Part shown: positions 36,158 through 44,200 of the stretch, in pieces
Position numbering within the stretch: position 1 is the stretch's first letter
Layout of the letters: each line of letters begins with the position of its first letter
Origin: a virus
Lineage: Duplodnaviria; Caudoviricetes
Direction: 5' to 3' (one strand)
DNA length: 64,000 nucleotides
Virus record (IMG/VR): IMGVR_UViG_3300025416_000002
Coordinates: 16,552-80,551 of that record
Translations under genes and position numbers: made by a program
Notes under the pieces: generated by a model
Told to the model about the DNA's origin: nothing
Databases searched by the model: none
Seen by the model: only the letters and a program-made list of their open reading frames with translations

Positions 36158-37082
36158 CGGTCACAACATCTTCATCCGTAGCTTTAGTGGTCTTATGCGC
36201 CACGGTCTTAGCGCACCCAATGGAGAAGGTACCTGGGGAGCATACGGTGCGTACAACGTACTAACCAGTATGATCCGCAAGTATGACCCAAGCCACGTAC
36301 TCATCGCATTCGATAAGGGCCGGAGCACCAAGCGTCTAGCCATTGATCCAGAGTACAAGGCCAACCGTCACAAGCCAAGCGACAAGCCACGCAACCCGAC
36401 AGACGAGGCGTTCTCTACGGAGTTCAAGCCACAGCTCGGTACGTTTATGAACCTCTGTCTTAAGAGTGGAGTACCGTTCATGAGTCTGGACGGTGTGGAG
36501 GCCGATGACATCATCGCCACTGCTGCACTTAAGCACCAGACTGTATTCGATAAGATCGTTATCGTCAGTGCTGACCACGACCTTCACCAGTTGATCCGTC
36601 CTAACATCATCGTTGTCAAGCCAAGCATCAGCTACCGTGACATCGAAGCTGAAATCTATGACATGGAGTCAGTCAAGAATGAGTGGGGTGTAGAGCCATC
36701 TAGGCTATCTGAGATCTGGGCACTCATGGGTGACAAGGGTGACAACATCAAGGGCATCCAGGGTGTTGGCCCTAAGAAGGCCACCAAGCTTATTGCAGAC
36801 CATGGAGATCTCGAGTCGGTGCTTAACCTGGATGACGAGAAGATCAAGAACAACATTGATGTAGTTCGTAAGGCCAAGTCATTGATCGAGCTGGGCATCG
36901 ATGAGACGCTACCATTCCCACCACTCGGTGACCTGCAGTTCCACCCAGTTGAACATGGTTCAGCCAACGCAGGAGCTCTCGAAGAGTTGTTCGTGAACCT
37001 GGGCTTTACTCAGATCCGAAGCAAGTGGTTCCACCGTAACCTGTGGGCTGAGACGAGAGGGTTTGGCAGAAGCCTACTGTAA
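36129..37082 (+). CDS. 5'-3' exonuclease/flap endonuclease (Pol I N-terminal domain)
   Basis: LLIDGHN, IAFD, YKANR, EADDIIAT, SADHDLHQL, LMGDKGDNIKGIQGVGPKKA. Confidence 0.92.
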   Translation: MKKSTLLLIDGHNIFIRSFSGLMRHGLSAPNGEGTWGAYGAYNVLTSMIRKYDPSHVLIAFDKGRSTKRLAIDPEYKANRHKPSDKPRNPTDEAFSTEFKPQLGTFMNLCLKSGVPFMSLDGVEADDIIATAALKHQTVFDKIVIVSADHDLHQLIRPNIIVVKPSISYRDIEAEIYDMESVKNEWGVEPSRLSEIWALMGDKGDNIKGIQGVGPKKATKLIADHGDLESVLNLDDEKIKNNIDVVRKAKSLIELGIDETLPFPPLGDLQFHPVEHGSANAGALEELFVNLGFTQIRSKWFHRNLWAETRGFGRSLL

Positions 37083-38131
37083 TGGCAAGCTGGATCGTTA
37101 ACCCATCACTGGATATGCCAGAAGTGCTCGAGCAATACGGACGCTTCCTGGAAAATGACTACCGCATGGTCATTGAATCGATGCGTGTGCCTAACTCTTT
37201 TGATGAATACTCCGAGCAAACAGGCAGAAGGTTTATCATCGTTGGTGGCAAGGAACGTCCAGGGCTCATCGCTAAGAGCGTTTTCCTTTGCCTTAAGCTA
37301 GCTGGGCCGGAGAGCATTGCTGTCTACACACCGTATCTGGATGAGATGTTCCTTGTACAGAACGTGCTCGAGAACTATGGTGAAGGCGTGCGCTCTAAGC
37401 AGTTCGCTAGCCATCATGACTTCCTAAGCATCAGCCCAGAATGGCGTGATGAGATTGACAATGCCACCGACATCATTGTGTATGGTGATGACAATGCCAT
37501 CAGCCTCTGGAGAGACTACGAGACTGTAGATCGACACGTGTGGGAGCATGGCTATACCTTTAGCTTTGGCATCGTAGACGCCAAGACGTTGACTCGGTCT
37601 ATGGTTAACGAGGTGTGCTTCGACTTCTTCTGTTTCTACGGTGAGGGAAGGCTGGCACCTAAGTTCTACTTCGTGATCGGCAACTACTCAGAGAAGCTCG
37701 TCGAGATGTTCGCCATGAATATGATTGTCAACTTCGGTTTCATCATCAACGAATACAGAGCGAAGCTGCCATTGACGCGCAGGAGCGACCTTACTCGTGA
37801 GATGTTGAACGCACCGTACTCTGCAAAATATGTACGCGTAGACGATTTGAATTCTGACACTATGTTTGATAGTCTGTACGGAGACGTTCGTTTGGTTTTC
37901 GTTGACAACGTCAGTGAGATTGAAGAGTTCGTAGAGAAGTGGGCCGACAACATCGGAACAGTCGCAATTGACTGGGATGATGACGAGGACATTATCAACG
38001 TGCTTGAAGAGTATATGGTGCCTCGCATCTGTCACATTGGTGACATGCAGTTCCCAGATTTCTTCGAGCAGTACGATGGTCTTGACGATTTCAGCGTATA
38101 TGTCAGCGATGGCTTCGAAGGTCTTAACTAG
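37082..38131 (+). CDS. LuxC-like acyl-CoA reductase (ALDH fold) homologue, catalytic Cys apparently replaced
   Basis: DIIVYGDD, EHGYTFSFGIV, DFFCFYGEGRLAP, RICHIGDMQFPDFFEQYDGLD match LuxC blocks by eye. Confidence 0.6.
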   Translation: MASWIVNPSLDMPEVLEQYGRFLENDYRMVIESMRVPNSFDEYSEQTGRRFIIVGGKERPGLIAKSVFLCLKLAGPESIAVYTPYLDEMFLVQNVLENYGEGVRSKQFASHHDFLSISPEWRDEIDNATDIIVYGDDNAISLWRDYETVDRHVWEHGYTFSFGIVDAKTLTRSMVNEVCFDFFCFYGEGRLAPKFYFVIGNYSEKLVEMFAMNMIVNFGFIINEYRAKLPLTRRSDLTREMLNAPYSAKYVRVDDLNSDTMFDSLYGDVRLVFVDNVSEIEEFVEKWADNIGTVAIDWDDDEDIINVLEEYMVPRICHIGDMQFPDFFEQYDGLDDFSVYVSDGFEGLN

Positions 38132-38149
38132 ATAAGTAAGGAGAAAGAA

Positions 38150-38377
38150 ATGAAAGAATTGCAAGAGCTCCGTAAGAAGCTTTACGATCAATGGGAAATG
38201 GTCCGAGAACTTGGTGGTGAATGGAACGCTGGCTATGAGCAAGCACTCCGCTTTGCCATCTCTGCTGTCTACGATCAGATCCGCTTGCTCGAGCGAGCTC
38301 AGCAGAAGCCTCAGCACCACGATCAGCCAAGGAAGAAAGACTACGGCAACTGGGAAATCCGGAAGGACTACAAGTAA
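38150..38377 (+). CDS. Hypothetical protein
   Basis: AAGGAG RBS; 75 aa. Confidence 0.55.
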   Translation: MKELQELRKKLYDQWEMVRELGGEWNAGYEQALRFAISAVYDQIRLLERAQQKPQHHDQPRKKDYGNWEIRKDYK

Positions 38378-38685
38378 TGTCATCTCTTGATTTCTCATCT
38401 AAGATCGAAAGACGTAAGAAGATCGAAGATCGTATGAATAGCCTATCTGAGTCGAGACTCATGGCAGTGTCACTGTTCATCGTCCTCGTGCTGGCATTCG
38501 TCGTGATCGTTCCGGTATCAATCGTGGCTTTGCCATTCATGCTTGCATGGGATACCACAAAGGCTCTGTTGGAAGTGCTCAAGAAGAAGAAGGCAAAAGA
38601 GGAGAACCCTTTCCTCGTTGACTTCAACAGTCTTGACAACGTAACAATGGATTTAAAAAACTGGTTTAACATAGGGAATGATTAA
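38377..38685 (+). CDS. Putative single-pass membrane protein
   Basis: Hydrophobic stretch LMAVSLFIVLVLAFVVIVPVSIVALPFMLAW. Confidence 0.6.
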   Translation: MSSLDFSSKIERRKKIEDRMNSLSESRLMAVSLFIVLVLAFVVIVPVSIVALPFMLAWDTTKALLEVLKKKKAKEENPFLVDFNSLDNVTMDLKNWFNIGND

Positions 38686-39062
38686 TGGAAAAGAAGTTGG
38701 CACAATCAGGTGATATGGTCTTCGAAAGAAACCTTGCTATCATCGCAGGCAGACGCCAGGAAGTACAGATCTTCAGTGATGGATTCGTTTACAAGGGCTA
38801 CATGTGTGGCCTGGACGAACAGTGGATCCAGCTGTACGGTCACGAAGAGAACGATCAGAATGACTACGATGCTCAATGGAGATTCCTGTTGATTAACAGG
38901 ATCAACATCTCGGCTATTGGTCCTAACGGTAAGAACCTGACCGACCTTGACGACGAGACTCGTGAGTGGGTGAGCAAGAAGATTCAGATCTTCTCAGATG
39001 TTTGTGATAAGTTTGGTTCAGTAAGAGGAGTAAAGAACCATGACGGAAAAGAAAAGTTTTGA
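38685..39062 (+). CDS. Sm/LSm/Hfq-like fold protein (putative)
   Basis: Sm1-like EVQIFSDGFVYKGYMCGLDEQWIQL and Sm2-like LLINRINISAIG. Confidence 0.5.
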   Translation: MEKKLAQSGDMVFERNLAIIAGRRQEVQIFSDGFVYKGYMCGLDEQWIQLYGHEENDQNDYDAQWRFLLINRINISAIGPNGKNLTDLDDETREWVSKKIQIFSDVCDKFGSVRGVKNHDGKEKF

Positions 39063-39504
39063 TGGTAATCCAGCGAACTATGATGACGATAGCTACGATG
39101 AAGTCGTTGAGGTCAAAGTCATTGAGAGCAAGGAAGAACTGGTAGCAAGCATCGATCTGGTTAACGCCAGTCCTCGCGACCTACTGCTGTACTTCTCTGA
39201 TCGTTTCAAAGAGAAGCACGGCTATACCTACAATATTGAGTGGGTGAAAGAAACATCCATCTTCAAGAGCTTCAAAGAACGTTACGGTGTTGACGCTGGT
39301 CCGATGATCGCCTTGCTGTTTGACAAGCACGGTGGTAAGCTGAACGACCTGGTGATGACCGCAACAGCATTCAGTAAGGGTAGCAAGTGGATACAAGACA
39401 CTTTGTACATTGAGCTACAGCAACAAAAACTCAAAGAACAAAACCGCAATAGTACGGAAGGATTGATGAATACAGATGACTTCATTGAACGATTCGCTTT
39501 TTGA
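39040..39504 (+). CDS. Hypothetical protein, possible replication initiator
   Basis: Directly upstream of the loader and helicase (initiator-loader-helicase order); function is inference. Confidence 0.4.
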   Translation: MTEKKSFDGNPANYDDDSYDEVVEVKVIESKEELVASIDLVNASPRDLLLYFSDRFKEKHGYTYNIEWVKETSIFKSFKERYGVDAGPMIALLFDKHGGKLNDLVMTATAFSKGSKWIQDTLYIELQQQKLKEQNRNSTEGLMNTDDFIERFAF

Positions 39505-40276
39505 TTGGGAGAAGGATTACGTAAACCTCAAGTACGAGTTCCTTGAAGACGAGGAGGTTGACTACCTTGAGCAGAAGTATCCCCAGTTCGAGAAGTTCGC
39601 TAAGCAAGGTTGCCCTACGTGTCTCGACAACACGTGCGGTGACTGCAAGTATCAGCTTCAGTTGTACAAGCACTACTCACGTGCAGGCATTGGCCTGAAC
39701 TACCAGCGTCTCAGCTGGGAAGATTTCCAGGGTGACGAGAAGGCTTTGGCGTTGGCTAGGATCTACCTTGGCCAGCACAAGGAGTTCGTCAAGGGTGGTA
39801 TGGGTATCCTCTACCATGGCACCTGGGGTACTGGTAAGACACTGCTCACTAGCCTTATCGCTAAGGAGCTTGTCAAGCTGGGCTACAGTGTCTACTTTGC
39901 TACGTTCACCCAGATGGTTGACGAGTTCACCCGTGGTTGGGGTAGCAACGATGACAAGGCACGCTTCGAGAGCAAGGTCGTTAAGAGCGACGTGTTCTTC
40001 CTGGACGACATTGGTAAGGAGTTCCGCACCAAGAACAACCTGAGTGAAGCAACGTTTGACCACGTCATGCGTCAGCGTGCACTGGACAACCGTCCAACGT
40101 TCATCACTACCAACATGGGCATTGATGAGTTGATGGAAGGCTACGGTGGTGCTATATTCTCTCTCCTGAAGGAGCGGGTGATCGAGCACAACATGACTGG
40201 CATCGACTATCGTGAGTACGCACGCAACCGTACGCTTGACGAAATTAAGTATGGAACAGTAAGGAAGATCCTGTAA
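39476..40276 (+). CDS. DnaC/IstB-like AAA+ helicase loader
   Basis: Walker A GTWGTGKT, Walker B FFLDDIGKE, FITTN; N-terminal CxxC..CxxC. Confidence 0.88.
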   Translation: MTSLNDSLFDWEKDYVNLKYEFLEDEEVDYLEQKYPQFEKFAKQGCPTCLDNTCGDCKYQLQLYKHYSRAGIGLNYQRLSWEDFQGDEKALALARIYLGQHKEFVKGGMGILYHGTWGTGKTLLTSLIAKELVKLGYSVYFATFTQMVDEFTRGWGSNDDKARFESKVVKSDVFFLDDIGKEFRTKNNLSEATFDHVMRQRALDNRPTFITTNMGIDELMEGYGGAIFSLLKERVIEHNMTGIDYREYARNRTLDEIKYGTVRKIL

Positions 40277-41556
40277 TGGACATTGAAAAGAGTTTGGTTC
40301 GGCACTTTGCCAACCTCGATAGCTTTAACGAAATTTGGAACAAGGGGATCCGCAGCGAGCACTTCTTCGATGATGGTGTGCGTGAGCTGTTTGACTACAG
40401 CCTTGACTACTACATCCGTAGCGAGTTCAAGAGCACGGTAGACCAAGACTTCCTGGAGACCAAGTTCGCTGACTACTTCGTACGTAACGAGTGGCCAGAG
40501 GAAGAGTACCTGGTAGGCGTTCTCATTGAAGAAATGATGACTAAGTACCGCAAGGCTACAACTCAAAGCGTCCTATTGAAGGCAGCAACAGCGTTGGAGT
40601 CAGACCCTGAGTCTGGCATTGCACTGGCATTGAATAGCTTGTCCAAGATCCAAAACGACACTAGTACTCGTGAGCGTCTTGAGGTCTACGGTGAGGGCTA
40701 TGACCGCCGTGTCAACAACTACCTTGAGGAAGTCGCCAACCCTACCCGTGACAAGAAGGGTATCTACCTGGGCTGGGATGAACTGAACGATCACATGTAC
40801 GGGATCCAGAAGGGTGAGCTTGCGGTTGTCGTGGGTATCCCAAACGTAGGTAAGTCGTGGGTGGGCTCAGTCATCGCTCTTGAGGCAGCACGTCGCAAGA
40901 ACAAGGTCTACTTTGCATCGCTGGAGCTCCGTAAGGAACTGACACTGATGCGTCTGGACTGCTTGGCTAGTGGTGTACCCTACAGCCGTTACGAGCGTGG
41001 GCAGCTTACTCCCAATGAGCTTCGTCGTCTCAAGGAAGCACGTGAAGAGATCATGGAGTTTGGTGAGTACCTGATGATCGACTCGCCAGCACGTAAGAAC
41101 GAGCGTAGCGTCTTGGAGCTGTACTCCAAGGCTAAGCACTGGGGTGCTGACATGGTCGTGGGTGACCAGTTGTCATGGGTTACCACCGAGAAGTCGTACG
41201 GTAGCTCGAGCAACGTGCAGTCCCTGCAGATGGCAGAAGTCATCACCGACATTGCCAGTACCAACCGTGAGATGGGTATGGCATCCGTGTGGCTCGCACA
41301 GTTTAACCGTGAAGCTATGAAGAACAAGAAGGGTCGAGGTGGCCTAGGCAACATTGGTCTCTCCTCACAGATCGAACAGATCGTGGACATGGCCATTGGT
41401 ATCGGTGCTACCCGAGAGATGAAGCAGCAGGAAGCTCTCGTCATGGACATCATGAAGTCTCGTCGTAGTGACCTTAAGTCCTGGATGATGGGCTTCGAGC
41501 TCAAGGACCGCACTAGCTTAAAGGTTGTCCGTGAGTACGAGGATGCTACAGAGTGA
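40276..41556 (+). CDS. dnaB: DnaB-like replicative helicase
   Basis: GELAVVVGIPNVGKS, SLEL, VVGDQLS, LAQFNRE, SSQIEQIVD. Confidence 0.9.
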   Translation: MDIEKSLVRHFANLDSFNEIWNKGIRSEHFFDDGVRELFDYSLDYYIRSEFKSTVDQDFLETKFADYFVRNEWPEEEYLVGVLIEEMMTKYRKATTQSVLLKAATALESDPESGIALALNSLSKIQNDTSTRERLEVYGEGYDRRVNNYLEEVANPTRDKKGIYLGWDELNDHMYGIQKGELAVVVGIPNVGKSWVGSVIALEAARRKNKVYFASLELRKELTLMRLDCLASGVPYSRYERGQLTPNELRRLKEAREEIMEFGEYLMIDSPARKNERSVLELYSKAKHWGADMVVGDQLSWVTTEKSYGSSSNVQSLQMAEVITDIASTNREMGMASVWLAQFNREAMKNKKGRGGLGNIGLSSQIEQIVDMAIGIGATREMKQQEALVMDIMKSRRSDLKSWMMGFELKDRTSLKVVREYEDATE

Positions 41557-41705
41557 CACGTAAGCAGTTGTACGAGAAGCATCAGCCTATCTTCCAGAAT
41601 CAAGGGCGTAAGGGCAACGTTAACTACTGTGTAGGTTGCAAGGGCCCAAACAACACCCTGATCCAGAAGTGGCCGTGCGATGTCATTAGGGCATTAGATG
41701 CGTAA
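41553..41705 (+). CDS. Small Cys protein (CxxC...WPC)
   Basis: GTGA overlap; YCVGC...KWPCDVIRAL; not in the supplied track. Confidence 0.5.
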   Translation: MTRKQLYEKHQPIFQNQGRKGNVNYCVGCKGPNNTLIQKWPCDVIRALDA

Positions 41706-41859
41706 GAATGAAAGAGGTTTCTGGGAGTGCAGACTACCCATCAACCCAATGAAACACCCAAGTAAGCTACATGAACAGGCATTAAACGACCTCAGCCCAA
41801 GGGATCGTGAGCTCATAGAGAACATTAAGGACGATTTGAAATGGCTAAAGGACAACTAA
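41698..41859 (+). CDS. Small hypothetical protein (53 aa)
   Basis: Fills the gap before primase; MRKNERGFWEC... Confidence 0.4.
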   Translation: MRKNERGFWECRLPINPMKHPSKLHEQALNDLSPRDRELIENIKDDLKWLKDN

Positions 41860-42860
41860 AAGAGATCTTCGCAGGTCTCGATGCCAGAGTGGTTCTACAG
41901 GACATCCTGGGTGTAGGCGAGATCATGGAGAATGGCGACGAGTACATTCACTCATGCCCACTACCGTTTGGTGTTCACCGCAATGGTGACCGTAACCCCA
42001 GCGCAAGCTTGAACAAAGAAACCCTTCTGTTCAACTGCTTCGGTTGCGGGGGTGGCAGTGTTATCTGGCTGGTGCAGAACGTACTCAACGTCGATCGTGA
42101 CGAGGCCATAGCCATCCTGAAGAATGAGGTGGTGGAGCTCAAGGTCGTAGCGATCGAGGACTTCATCAAGCGTCTGGAGGGTGTCTTCGCTGCCAACCCT
42201 TGCGACCGTAATGAGATCCCCCACTACAGTGACAACATCATCAAGCGTTGGGAAGGTCCTTGCGACTATTTAACTACCAGAGGCGTCTCAGTTGACGTAC
42301 AACGGGAGATGCGCACGGGGATAGAGATGGGTAGGCTAGAGATGGCTAAGACCCTCACAGGCGAACGTAGCGTCGCTGTTGACCGTGTAGTTATACCCCA
42401 CTTCATGAACGGTAGGCTAGTTGGATGGGTAGCTCGCAAGGTCGAGGATGTCCAGGGAGTACCCAAGTACCGCAACTCTAAGGGATTCCCACGGGGAGCC
42501 TGGTTATTTAACCTAGATAACGCCCGTCAATACGATGAGGTCTACGTAGTCGAGAGCCCCATGAGCGTCCTGGTCATGAAGTCCAGGGGCATCAAGAACG
42601 TGGTGGCTACCTTCGGTGCTAAGGTCGATAAGCAGCAGCTCAACCTTCTGCGTAGGTTCAACAAGGTCAACGTGTTCATGGACGGGGATGCCCCTGGTCG
42701 TATGGCCACAGACCACATCCTTGAGGAGTTACAAAACTATACCAAAATTGGTATAATTTTGACACCTGACGATGAAGATCCTGCTACTATGGAGATCATC
42801 CCCACACCAACAAGTTCGTTTGAGTACCAGTTAAAACACCGTTTGACTTGTGTTAGTTAA
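41841..42860 (+). CDS. dnaG: DNA primase (CHC2 zinc finger + TOPRIM)
   Basis: HSCPLPFGVH..NPS..FNCFGC; VVES; FMDGDAPG; EDPA. Confidence 0.9.
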   Translation: MAKGQLKEIFAGLDARVVLQDILGVGEIMENGDEYIHSCPLPFGVHRNGDRNPSASLNKETLLFNCFGCGGGSVIWLVQNVLNVDRDEAIAILKNEVVELKVVAIEDFIKRLEGVFAANPCDRNEIPHYSDNIIKRWEGPCDYLTTRGVSVDVQREMRTGIEMGRLEMAKTLTGERSVAVDRVVIPHFMNGRLVGWVARKVEDVQGVPKYRNSKGFPRGAWLFNLDNARQYDEVYVVESPMSVLVMKSRGIKNVVATFGAKVDKQQLNLLRRFNKVNVFMDGDAPGRMATDHILEELQNYTKIGIILTPDDEDPATMEIIPTPTSSFEYQLKHRLTCVS

Positions 42861-42871
42861 GCTGGTACTCT
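42843..42871 (+). promoter_or_regulatory. SigA-type promoter for the ssb-groES-dnaE region
   Basis: TTGACT-17 nt-TACTCT with TGn extension. Confidence 0.65.
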
Positions 42872-42929
42872 TATGAGTGCAGTAAACAAAAACCAACAGC
42901 CCTAGGGCTTCTAAAAGAAAGATACCAAA

Positions 42930-43748
42930 ATGGCATTGCAAAAAGGCATGGCTGCCGTAAAGGCCAGCATTGAACGGTCACAGAAGGGCTCAGGCCCCAA
43001 GACCTACACCGAAACCAACTGGTTCTATTGGACCGCAGGAGAGACGAAGGCTCTACGCTTCCTCACGGACAGCAACGACATCTTCGTAGTTCCAGTCCAC
43101 GAGAACGTACCCACCCACGATGGCAAGAAGAAGACCTTCGTCTGCCGCAGTGTGTTCGACGCCTCATGCGAGCTGTGCGCTCGTGCCAAGGGCGAGCCAG
43201 GTGCGTACCGTCGTGACGTTGGTTACGGTGTCGCCGTACTTCGTGAAGAAGTGCGTGAAGACGGTAAGCTCACCGGCTACCGCGACGTTACTACCACGTA
43301 CGAAGACACTGTCGACGGCAAGGTAGTTACCAAGAAGAAGCCATACGTGGGCATTGTCTCGCAGGGTATGCGCAACTTCTGGAACCAGATCGCTGTCATC
43401 AGCGAGAAGTACGGTAGCCTCCGTGATCGAGAGATCGAAATCCTGCGCAACGGTCAGGGAACTGACACCACGTACATGGCATTTCCTCTCGACAAGAAGG
43501 AGATCGAGAACATCGACACCCGCTACGCAAAGTTCCTTCCAGATATCGAGGCTTTCCTCAACCGTATCGGCAGCCAGGAGTACTACGATGCTCAGCTGCA
43601 CGGAATCGTCAAGGAGAAGGAAGTGAAGTCACCCTCCTCCTCTGCTTCCTTCGCTGAAGACGATGACGAGTACGGCGAGGAAGAGTTCGTCGGTATCTCG
43701 GAAGAGACTACTGCTGACCGTCTACGCCGGAAGATGGCTGGGCAGTAG
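42930..43748 (+). CDS. Single-stranded DNA-binding protein (T4 gp32-like)
   Basis: LRFL, VHE, FVC..SCELC, EILRNGQGTDTTY; acidic C-terminal tail. Confidence 0.75.
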   Translation: MALQKGMAAVKASIERSQKGSGPKTYTETNWFYWTAGETKALRFLTDSNDIFVVPVHENVPTHDGKKKTFVCRSVFDASCELCARAKGEPGAYRRDVGYGVAVLREEVREDGKLTGYRDVTTTYEDTVDGKVVTKKKPYVGIVSQGMRNFWNQIAVISEKYGSLRDREIEILRNGQGTDTTYMAFPLDKKEIENIDTRYAKFLPDIEAFLNRIGSQEYYDAQLHGIVKEKEVKSPSSSASFAEDDDEYGEEEFVGISEETTADRLRRKMAGQ

Positions 43749-43754
43749 TCCCCT

Positions 43755-43832
43755 GTAGAGTGAGCCAGTGGAGTTGGTTGGTAATGTTTCCCTTCCTTTC
43801 TGTTACCGAATCAGCTCCACTGGTCACTCTAC
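43755..43832 (+). ncRNA. Long RNA hairpin with a CU-rich anti-SD-like loop
   Basis: 29 bp with two 1-nt bulges and G.U pairs valid only on the + strand; loop TTTCCCTTCCTTTC. Confidence 0.65.
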
Positions 43833-43854
43833 CTAACCAACAAGAAAGAACACA

Positions 43855-44145
43855 ATGACATTGAATGCACTAGAAGACAAGGTAATCATTAAGGTTGCCA
43901 AGGTCGAGGAGACCACCGAGAGTGGTTTCTATCTTCCAGAAACTGCAACAGCTATGCCAGACCAAGGCACTGTTGTAGCAGTGGGACCAGGCTGGACTGC
44001 TAGCAATGGAACCGTAATCCCAACTGGAATTAGTGTTGGCGATGTGGTATTGTTCAACCGCAGGGCTGCTCAGAAGATCACGGTAGACGACGAAGAGTAT
44101 CTCGTCTTCCTGTCTGAACACATCCTCGGCATCTTTACCGAGTAG
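43855..44145 (+). CDS. groES: GroES/Cpn10 co-chaperonin
   Basis: LEDKVII, TESGFYLP, GTVVAVGPG, VGDVVLF, EEYLV...ILGI. Confidence 0.92.
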   Translation: MTLNALEDKVIIKVAKVEETTESGFYLPETATAMPDQGTVVAVGPGWTASNGTVIPTGISVGDVVLFNRRAAQKITVDDEEYLVFLSEHILGIFTE

Positions 44146-44153
44146 CGTTGCAA

Positions 44154-44180
44154 GACCTGGGTACGTCATTAAACTACCCA
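44154..44180 (+). ncRNA. H-type pseudoknot motif, copy 2
   Basis: S1 GAC/GTC, L1 C, S2 TGGGTA/TACCCA, L3 ATTAAAC; same core as 32921-32952. Confidence 0.6.
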
Positions 44181-44200
44181 ACTAACAAGTAAGGATTACC

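Noticed and set aside
41721-41740. CTGGGAG...TACCCA as another copy
   Set aside because: S2 is mismatched, there is no stem 1, and it lies within a small ORF
43755-43854. CIRCE element or intrinsic terminator upstream of groES
   Set aside because: No TTAGCACTC-N9-GAGTGCTAA; no U-tract after the stem, and the stem is much longer than a terminator needs
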